DNA of 25,359 nucleotides, from contig CAVVUS010000006.1 of the NCBI GenBank assembly GCA_963751345.1, positions 1-25,359 of the forward strand. The letters run 5' to 3'. This DNA is from an uncultured Chloroflexia bacterium. GTDB lineage: Bacteria; Chloroflexota; Anaerolineae; B4-G1; SLSP01. A model generated the notes under the pieces. The model ran no database searches, was not told the origin of the DNA, and saw only the letters and a program-made list of their open reading frames with translations. Below are positions 18,189 to 25,359 of this stretch, piece by piece. The stretch's first letter is position 1. Each line of letters begins with the position of its first letter. The position numbers and the translations under genes are program-made.

Positions 18189-19200
18189 CTAGGTGCGCAG
18201 TTCCACGATGTCACCCTCGTGAAGGACGTGATCGCGTGCGACCGGCTGGCCATCGTAGACGCCCACGCCCCACACGCGGGCCGATCTTAGCTGGGACACA
18301 AAGTCCCGGTGCACCTTGGCTGCGAACTGCTCCACCGTGCCGCCTTCCGGCATCACAAAGGGCGAACTCAGGTCGGCCTCGCGGCCGGGCGGCTTGGCGT
18401 AGATCCGGATGATGCCCAGGCGCTGGTATATCGCACGTTTGAACAGATCCGCGTGGCGCCCGGTTGTCTGCCGAGATCGGCACCATCGGCCAGGTATCCC
18501 CAATGAGCTCCTGAAGCACTTCGTAGTCTTCATCCTGTTCGTCAGCATCGGTCTTGTTCACCGCGACCAGCGCCGGCACGAAGGCAAGATCGAGGTCGGA
18601 CTGAGGCGGCTGACCGTCACCGGTAATCCCGTCCCTCAGGCACGCTGGGACGATGCGCTGGTCTGCCAAGATCGTGGTGCTCTCATCGAGCTGCTCAAGG
18701 GGAAAGCCCTGAAGGTCGACCACAATCAGCATCAGGTCCGCGCGGCGAATGAGATCGATCATCTCCGGTTGGATGTAATCGGGGTTGAGCGGCGGGGTAT
18801 CGATCAATTGGACCTGGATGTTCTCGATGGGCATCATGCCCGGCGTGGGGACCCACGTGGTGTAGGGTTGGGGAGCAACCTCGGGAGTGGCATGGGTTAG
18901 TCTCTTGACCAGGGCCGACTTGCCGACGTTGGGCATGCCCACAAGCACAATCTGACCGGCGCCCTCACGATCGATGTGAAACGGTGAGCCCTGGTGGCTG
19001 CCCTTGCCTTTGGCACCCGACTCCCCGGACTTGAGCTGTGACATGCGCCGCCGAAGATCGGCGCGGAGATGATCCGTACCCTTGTGCTTGGGCACGATAC
19101 TGATCATCTCCTCCAGATAAGCGATCTTCTCCTCGACCGATCTGGCCGCGCGGAACTTTTCCTCGGCGGCGAAGTAATCGGGTGGGAGATTGGTGGGCAT
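18189..19200 (-). CDS. DRG/Rbg1-like OBG-family GTPase with C-terminal TGS domain; frameshift near 18468
   Basis: 'MPTNLPP...PKHKGTDHLRADL', G1 'GMPNVGKS', G2 'YTT', G3 'DTP', G4 'NKTD'. ORF 18189..18548 supplies 'IIRIYAKPPG...KVHRDF...ARVWG...DHVLHEGDIVEL' (TGS). Confidence 0.88.
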
Positions 19201-19306
19201 CAGGTGCCAATCCCTTCTGGAGACCCGACTCGCGAGCGGAGCATGTGAGTATGGTGAGTCGTTCTCCGAACGCGGTGCCGCCTAGGCTAGACAGATAGAG
19301 TCGGCA

Positions 19307-20234
19307 CTAGCGCAGCACCTCAAGCACGATGTCATCCCAGTATACATCGTTGTGCTTGAACCGCCACAGCGTGCGAGATCTCAGGAACACGGTGATTGTG
19401 GTTCCTTCTGCCTTCGCCGTCACGGCAGGCACCTCGTGGTAGTCGTTGTAGATGTGAGAGCCCGCACCCCAGACCACCGTCTCCGCGTATGGGTTCGTGC
19501 CGCCCAAGGGGTCGATGCCAAGCCAGAAGGTCACGTTTCGGTCACCATTATCCAGCCCGTCGGTTCCTTCCAGAGCGAAGAAGGGGTTGTAGCCTACGTG
19601 GCTCCCTTCACTCCACTCGGGATCTTCGGGATTCGCCGGGGGACCGCCGTTGTTCGACCATGCATGGGCCCAACCACTCAGACGCACGTACTGTCCAGGG
19701 GTGGCGTCAACCTGTTGCAGGAAACCGGCGTCGTGGATCCTCCAGAATGTGAAGAGAAGCTGCCCTTTGGCACCGCTGTGCATCCGGTCGGGATCCGTAT
19801 TCCGCGCATCGCGGATTTCCGGCTGAGACCAGCTCTGGCCCTCAGGGTTATAGGCTTCGTCCCCGAGGGGCATGCCATGCTTGAACCACACGAGCCATCC
19901 AGGAGGGGTGAAGATGTTACCGACCTCACATTGCTGCACTGTCCCCTCGGTCTCGAAGACGAGAGCATCATGCGATTCCTGATCACTCCAATCCTCCTCA
20001 AATCCGCCGTTCAGGAGGGGGACGACGACCCAGCCGTGCCTCTCGACCATCGGCAGATAGACCGTGTAGGTGGTTGCGGTCGAGCTGGTTAGAATCTTAT
20101 CTGCGTACTGATAGGCAGCGGCCCGCTGGTGTGGTGTGGCCTGTACGACGCTCACGCCGGGCACGCTAAGGGCCAGCCCAAGCAAGGCTGCCGTGGTGCA
20201 CAATGCCGGTGAGAGCAGCTCTGTGTGGGTTCAT
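19307..20234 (-). CDS. Secreted hypothetical protein with carbohydrate-binding-like beta-sandwich; probable frameshift near 20205
   Basis: RBS GAGGAG and ATG 20234 lie one base out of frame with ORF 19307..20203. Signal-like N-terminus, 'VYLPMV' motif, 'LLNGGFE...GIDPLGG...ITVFLRS...DVYWDD'. Confidence 0.65.
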
Positions 20235-20388
20235 CGTCGGCTCCTCAGGATAGAGTTCGGGTACGCTCGCAGGCACGCAGCCCGAGACACGTTTAACTAT
20301 AATCTTACCTAGATTAGCTCTCCGTCAAGGCAGGACGCGATACGGGCGCGTTTCGGTTCCGTAACAGACGCGACGTGCTGACCAGCGT

Positions 20389-20416
20389 TTGCCGTCGACC
20401 TTTGGCAGGGTATACT
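20389..20416 (+). promoter_or_regulatory. Putative promoter of GIY-YIG/hemW
   Basis: TTGCCG-N16-TATACT. Confidence 0.5.
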
Positions 20417-20460
20417 TCTGCTGGACAGAATCAGACGTGTTGCGTGACAGAGGTGCTGCG

Positions 20461-20760
20461 TTGGCTTGGCATGTCTACACATTGCGGTGTGGCGATGGTT
20501 CGCTCTACACAGGCGTGACGAACAACGTTGCTCGGCGGCTTTCCGAGCACGAAGCCGGACGCGGCGGGCGCTATACCAGGGCGCACCTTCCCGTCAAGCT
20601 CGTCGCGGTGTGGCACTTCTCCAGCCGGCAGGAAGCATACTCCGCCGAGGCGGCTTTCAAACGCCTTGCTCGTGCTCGAAAACTTCGCTTGATTCTCAAT
20701 CGTGAGGCGTTCCGGGAGGCCCCGTTTGCCCACGACATTCTCCAGGAGGTTGTGACGTGA
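20461..20760 (+). CDS. Stand-alone GIY-YIG nuclease (UPF0213, YhbQ/YazA-like)
   Basis: 'WHVYTLRCGDGSLYTGVTNNVARRLSEHEAGRGGRYTRAHLPVKLV...AYSAEAAFKRL'; RBS GAGGTG before TTG 20461. Confidence 0.9.
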   Translation: MAWHVYTLRCGDGSLYTGVTNNVARRLSEHEAGRGGRYTRAHLPVKLVAVWHFSSRQEAYSAEAAFKRLARARKLRLILNREAFREAPFAHDILQEVVT

Positions 20761-22059
20761 GACGCATGGTCCAGGGTGAGTCCGCAGTCGAGGCGGGCAT
20801 CTACTTGCACGTGCCGTTCTGCCTTCAGCGCTGCAACTACTGCGACTTCAACACGTACACGGGACTTCTCGGGCTGGAGGATGCTTACGTCGCAGCGCTG
20901 ATGCGCGAGATAGAGCTCCGGGCCGAGCGCGCGGCCAGCGTGCGAGCCCATACGCTCTATTTCGGTGGCGGCACACCCTCGCTGCTGCACCTCGACAACG
21001 TGGGCGCCCTGGTGAGCGCGGTCCGCCGCGCTTTGCACCTGCCCTGGAAAGCTGAGGTGACGCTGGAGGCGAATCCGGGTACGTTGACCGCCGACTATCT
21101 CGATGGGCTGCGCGATATTGGGGTTACCCGCCTGAGCCTTGGCGTGCAGTCGTCGCACAGCCGCGAGTTACTCTTGCTAGGGCGCATCCACACCTGGCAG
21201 GAGGCAGTCGAGACCTACGAACTGGCTCGGTCGGCCGGCTTCGACAATATCAGCCTGGATCTGATGTTCGGATTGCCGGGCCAGTCGTTGGAAGACTGGG
21301 TTGAAACGGTAGAGCGATGCCTCGACCTGGCTCCCGACCACCTTTCCCTTTACGCGCTGACGCTGGAGCCGGGCACGCCACTGGCGGAGACGTTGGCGCT
21401 TAATGACGTTCCACAGCCGGACGCCGGACCTTGCCGCGGATATGTACGAGGCGGCCTCGGATCTGCTCCACGCGGCGGGATTCTGGCAGTATGAAATCTC
21501 GAACTGGGCGCGGGGGACAGAGGCTCCCCCGGAAGTCTGGGGCATGCCACCGGATGGGTTCACCGAGGAGATCGGGCCGCACATATCGGCCCACAATCTC
21601 ATCTACTGGCGCAACGAGCCGTGGATCGGGCTGGGGGCCGGCGCCCATTCGTGGTTTCACGGTCGCCGCTGGAGCAACTTCCCCCATCCTCAAGCCTACA
21701 TCAATGCTATGCGAAGTGCGAGGCTGAGGGGATATGGCGACGACGTGTTGTCACCGGCCACGGTATACGGTGAGACGATGATGATGGGGCTGCGTCTGGC
21801 CGAGGGGGTCTCCGATGCTCGCTTCCACGCGGCCTTCGGGCTCCATCTTCCGGATCTCTATGGTGACGTGATCAGCCGCTGGGTCGGCTATGGCCTTCTC
21901 TCGTGGGACGAGGAGCGACTGCGGCTCACGCCCCGCGGGCGTCTGCTGGGGAACCAGGTATTCCAGGAGTTCCTGCTACCGGAGGATGGTTCGCGAATCT
22001 GCAGCGACTTAGGCTCGACGAAGCGTATCCGACCCCCGCTGATAAACGTTTCGCGTTGA
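20757..22059 (+). CDS. hemW: Radical SAM heme chaperone HemW (HemN-like); frameshift near 21423
   Basis: 'IYLHVPFCLQRCNYCDFN', 'YFGGGTPS', 'EANP', 'SLGVQS', 'LDLMFGLPGQ' in ORF 20757..21494. 'YEISNWA', 'HNLIYW' (HemW HNxxYW motif), 'GLGAGAH', 'MMGLRL', 'LTPRG' in ORF 21403..22059. Confidence 0.9.
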
Positions 22060-22063
22060 AGCG

Positions 22064-22091
22064 TTGACTTTGAGGCGAATTCCTTTACAAT
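22064..22091 (+). promoter_or_regulatory. Putative promoter of the EF-G paralogue
   Basis: TTGACT-N16-TACAAT. Confidence 0.65.
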
Positions 22092-22223
22092 ACGGTTCCG
22101 TACATCCATCGTACATTGACGGCCCTGCGGCCGTTTTTCCATGTCTAGTCAGCGTGCGACGGCTCCGGTCCGGTCGATTACGCGTTAGCGGAATACGAGC
22201 AACACATCCTGGAGGAAGAGTAG

Positions 22224-24284
22224 ATGAAAGCTTATACCACGGAGAGCATCCGGAATATCGCCCTCATTGGCCACGGATCATCTGGGAAGACCACTTTGGT
22301 GGAGGCGATGCTCTTCTTGAGCAAGGCCGTCAGCCGTCGTGGGAAGGTGGAGGAGGGGACAGCGACCACCGACTTCGACGAAGAGGAGATCCGCCGCCAG
22401 ATCTCGTTAAGTATGGCGATGGCCCCGGTGGAGTGGAAGGGGACCAAATTCAACTTCATCGATACGCCAGGATACACGGACTTTATCGGCGAGGTGCGGA
22501 GCGGGCTGCGTGTTGCAGAGATTGCATTGGTCGTCATCGACGCGGCTGCAGGAGTCGAGGTAGGCACGGAGCTGACGTGGGGATATGCGGACGACGAGGC
22601 ACTGCCGCGTGCGGTGCTGGTCAACAAGATGGATCGCGAGAATGCGAGCTTTGACAAGGCGCTGGCCTCGCTGAATGAGACTTTCGATGCGCAGTTTTTG
22701 CCGCTGATGCTCCCGATCGGGGACCAGGACCAATTCCAGGGCGTCGTCAACGTGCTTGAGCGCAAGGCCTATATGGGGTCTGACAGCCAACCTATGGAGA
22801 TCCCGGCCGACATGGTCGGACGCGTCGAGGAGCTCTACAAGCAGATCGTCGAGGCCGCTGTCGAGGCCGACGAAGATCTGATGATGAAGTACTTTGAAGA
22901 TGAGGAGATCACGGCCGACGAGATCGCGAATGGCCTCCGTACAGTCATCGCGGGTGGCGACTGGGTCCCGGTACTGGCGGGCGCCGGCGGCAGCGAGATG
23001 GTCGGCCTCGGTGCGCTGCTGGATCTGTTGGCCAGTATCGCACCTTCACCTGTGGGCAAGACTTTCCAAGCCCAAGGCGCCCAGAGCGAGACGACGCTGG
23101 AGATCAGCGATGCTTCCCCCCTGGCGCTGCTTATCTTCAAGACTACAGCCGACGCCTACGTCGGCAAGATCAGCTACTTCAAGGTCTATGGTGGCCAATT
23201 GAACGCCGGGGACATCGTGTGGAACCCGAGGACGGAGGAATCCGAGCGACTGAGCCAGCTCTACGTCATGCGCGGCAATCAGCAAGAGTCCGTTGACAGC
23301 GTGCACGCCGGTGATATCGGTGCGGTGACGAAGCTGGCCGAAGCGCTGACGGGCGATACGCTCTGCGGCAAGGGGCACACACTCGTTCTACGCGGCCCGA
23401 TTTTCCCCGATCCCTTGTACAGCGTGGCTATCTCCCCGGTCACCAAGGCCGACACGGCGAAAATGGGCCAGACGCTCAGCCGCATCTGTGAGGAAGATCC
23501 CACGCTGCAGTGGCGCCAGGATCCCTCGACCAATGAAACGATCCTCTCCGGGATGGGCGACGCTCACGTCGAGACCGCGGTGCGCCGCATGAAGTCCCGC
23601 TTCAATGTCGCGCTCGAAGCTCACACGCCGCGCGTGCCCTATAGGGAGACCGTGACGGTGCCGGGGACTTCCCAGTATCGTCACAAGAAGCAGTCCGGTG
23701 GTGCCGGGCAATTCGCCGAGGTTCATATGCGTGTAGAGCCGACGCCGCGCGATGAGGGGTTCGAGTACGTCTGGGAGGTCTACGGAGGGCACATCTCCAC
23801 GTCCTTCCAGCCCTCGATCGAGAAGGGTGTTAAGCAAGTGATGACGCAGGGCATCCTGGCCGGTTATCCGATTGTGGACGTCCGGGCTGCGGTCACAGAT
23901 GGCAAGGAACACCCCGTGGACTCGAAGGATATCGCCTTCCAGATCGCCGGGCGAGAGGCCTTCAAGGAAGCTTTCCGTTCTGCACGTCCCGTTCTCCTTG
24001 AGCCCATCTACCTATATACGATTACCGTACCCGAGGAATACGCGGGTGCCGTGATGTCCGATCTGAACACCCGCCGTGGGCGGGTTCAGGGTATGGGCCA
24101 GGAAGGGAACAGGGCCATCATTACGGCCGAGGCGCCCCTGTCCGAGATGCAGCAGTACGCGACCAACTTGCGCGCGATTACGCAGGCGCGTGGCCTCTAT
24201 TCGATGACGTTCGTGCGCTACGACGTCGTGCCGTCGCATTTGGCGGAGCAACTTGTCGCCCATGCCAAGACGGAGGAAGAATAG
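22224..24284 (+). CDS. fusA: Elongation factor G paralogue (EF-G2/EFG II type), outside the str operon
   Basis: 686 aa; 'IRNIALIGHGSSGKT', 'DTPGY', 'NKMD', 'GMGDAH', 'YRET', 'KKQSGGAGQFAEV', 'HPVDS', 'LLEPI'; RBS GGAGG. Confidence 0.93.
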   Translation: MKAYTTESIRNIALIGHGSSGKTTLVEAMLFLSKAVSRRGKVEEGTATTDFDEEEIRRQISLSMAMAPVEWKGTKFNFIDTPGYTDFIGEVRSGLRVAEIALVVIDAAAGVEVGTELTWGYADDEALPRAVLVNKMDRENASFDKALASLNETFDAQFLPLMLPIGDQDQFQGVVNVLERKAYMGSDSQPMEIPADMVGRVEELYKQIVEAAVEADEDLMMKYFEDEEITADEIANGLRTVIAGGDWVPVLAGAGGSEMVGLGALLDLLASIAPSPVGKTFQAQGAQSETTLEISDASPLALLIFKTTADAYVGKISYFKVYGGQLNAGDIVWNPRTEESERLSQLYVMRGNQQESVDSVHAGDIGAVTKLAEALTGDTLCGKGHTLVLRGPIFPDPLYSVAISPVTKADTAKMGQTLSRICEEDPTLQWRQDPSTNETILSGMGDAHVETAVRRMKSRFNVALEAHTPRVPYRETVTVPGTSQYRHKKQSGGAGQFAEVHMRVEPTPRDEGFEYVWEVYGGHISTSFQPSIEKGVKQVMTQGILAGYPIVDVRAAVTDGKEHPVDSKDIAFQIAGREAFKEAFRSARPVLLEPIYLYTITVPEEYAGAVMSDLNTRRGRVQGMGQEGNRAIITAEAPLSEMQQYATNLRAITQARGLYSMTFVRYDVVPSHLAEQLVAHAKTEEE

Positions 24285-24326
24285 ACCCCACCGGGGTGGG
24301 GAATGTTTCATCTGATGTGCAAGAGA

Positions 24327-24360
24327 AAACGGGCCGGAGCTAATCAGCTCCGGCCCGTTT
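24327..24360. terminator. Bidirectional intrinsic terminator between fusA paralogue and csp
   Basis: AAACGGGCCGGAGCT-aatc-AGCTCCGGCCCGTTT, with A/T tracts on both sides. Confidence 0.75.
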
Positions 24361-24423
24361 CTGGTGGTGCGGATTCGATGTGGAACGGTTGGGCCTCCGC
24401 GTGGCCGACCGCTTCTGGGCGCC

Positions 24424-24641
24424 TCATGTGTACCAAGGTGTTGTGACGTTAACTGCCTTCAGTCCCCGCTGACTATCCTGGATGTGGAACTCAACAACCT
24501 CACCTTCGTGGAGCACCCGGACGCTCCGCCCGCGGATGTCAGATTCGTGGACAAACAAGTCCGTGCCCTCATGGCGCTGTATGAAACCATATCCCTTCTC
24601 GACGCTGTACCACTTACGGTACCTCGGTGCTGCCGCGTCAT
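24424..24641 (-). CDS. Cold-shock domain protein; one base missing near 24615
   Basis: RBS AAGGAG and ATG 24641 'MTRQHRGTV' join 'KWYSVEKGYGFI...DLFVHESDI...LHEGEVVEF...RGLKAVNV' (RNP1/RNP2). Confidence 0.9.
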
Positions 24642-24714
24642 CGACCAAGCTCTCCTTCCTGCGATGGATCGCGGGCGAAGCCAAGCGATCACGCCCGCTG
24701 CCCGGGCCTTGGAA

Positions 24715-24954
24715 CTAGACCCGTCGGCCGATCTGTCGCTTGTAGCGGTAGACGATGCGGCCACGGTCTAAATCGTAAGGGGACAGCTCGACCTTGACCG
24801 AGTCTCCAAGTAGAATGCGAATGTAGTAACGCCGCATCTTGCCGCTCAGATACCCCATCACCTCGTGGCCGTTCTCCAGTTCCACGCGGAACTTCGTGCC
24901 CTTGAGGGCTTCGGTCACGGTACCCATCATCTCAATCTTCTCTTGTTTCGTCAT
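24715..24954 (-). CDS. infA: Translation initiation factor IF-1
   Basis: '[15 protein letters not shown]...[49 protein letters not shown]'; RBS GGAGGTG. Confidence 0.97.
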   Translation of the reverse strand: MTKQEKIEMMGTVTEALKGTKFRVELENGHEVMGYLSGKMRRYYIRILLGDSVKVELSPYDLDRGRIVYRYKRQIGRRV

Positions 24955-24983
24955 TCAGTCTTCACCTCCACTGCGCTATTGCG

Positions 24984-25359
24984 CTAGATGACCGTTGTTG
25001 TCTCCGGGAGCTCGGTCTGCTGCCTCAGGGCTCCGTTGATCTGCGCTTCTGCCTCCGCCAAGGTCACGCCCTGGGCGACGGCCAACTCTCCTGCGAGCAG
25101 TCTTATTGCCTTCTTGAAGATACGACGTCCAGGCACATTGAGGGTGTCGTGCTGAACCCGTCGCCAAGCCAGATCGCGCACGACCTCCGCTGTCAGCATA
25201 ATGTCGGCGGCGTCGACCTTCTCCTGGCACACCTTGTAGCGCAGCGCGTGCTTTTGGGGGAGGTCGATGGGGCTCGACGAGAGTCGTCCCATCACATCAA
25301 CCACCTGGTCTTCGGTCGCCGCGGGGCGAAGCCCGAGTTCATCGGCTTTCCCTACTGGG
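24984..25359 (-). CDS. CarD-family RNA polymerase-binding regulator (5'-truncated by window edge)
   Basis: Frame open from the window end: 'PVGKADELGLRP...RYK...EK....D....AEVVRDL...L......F.KA...LAGELAVAQG', the CarD C-terminal pattern. Confidence 0.85.
   Translation of the reverse strand, partial: PVGKADELGLRPAATEDQVVDVMGRLSSSPIDLPQKHALRYKVCQEKVDAADIMLTAEVVRDLAWRRVQHDTLNVPGRRIFKKAIRLLAGELAVAQGVTLAEAEAQINGALRQQTELPETTTVI

Noticed and set aside
20461-20760. GIY-YIG nuclease as a homing endonuclease or defence effector
   Set aside because: It is the short stand-alone UPF0213 type, coupled to hemW, with no intron, DNA methylase or mobile context.
21403-21494. Programmed ribosomal frameshifting in hemW, csp or DRG
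   Set aside because: No slippery heptamer or stimulatory structure at the breakpoints, shifts go in both directions, and the same pattern affects many unrelated genes.
1-25359. CRISPR array, transposase, prophage, retron or toxin-antitoxin system
   Set aside because: No regularly spaced direct repeats were seen by eye, and no ORF carries the corresponding motifs.

Overview
GC-rich bacterial chromosomal window, most consistent with Chloroflexota (Anaerolineae-like). That assignment is inferred from gene content and a YLPxV motif, not proven. It is mostly housekeeping and envelope genes: the end of a histidine kinase, a THUMP/SAM RNA methyltransferase directly behind tRNA-Pro(CGG), uppP with an orphan PstS-like lipoprotein, a membrane-anchored beta-lactamase-fold protein, an xseB-DUF2154-DUF192-LysM/M23-birA cluster, a metallophosphoesterase, a DUF4349 lipoprotein, an MBL hydrolase, a secreted 2xPA14 protein, a PAS-PAS kinase, a DUF5060/DUF4038 glycosidase, a Zn dehydrogenase, a DRG-type GTPase, a secreted hypothetical protein, GIY-YIG-hemW, an EF-G paralogue, and a carD-infA-csp cluster. 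About nine single-base frameshifts split otherwise intact genes and look like assembly indels. I found no integrase, transposase, CRISPR array or defence island, and I cannot claim a clear-cut new system. The best leads are an unexplained ~210-nt structured element bounded by imperfect inverted repeats (11860-12069), a recurring 16-bp -35/-10 promoter spacing, the tRNA-Pro/methyltransferase coupling, the archaeal/eukaryotic-type DRG GTPase, and a CarD paralogue lacking the conserved Trp.
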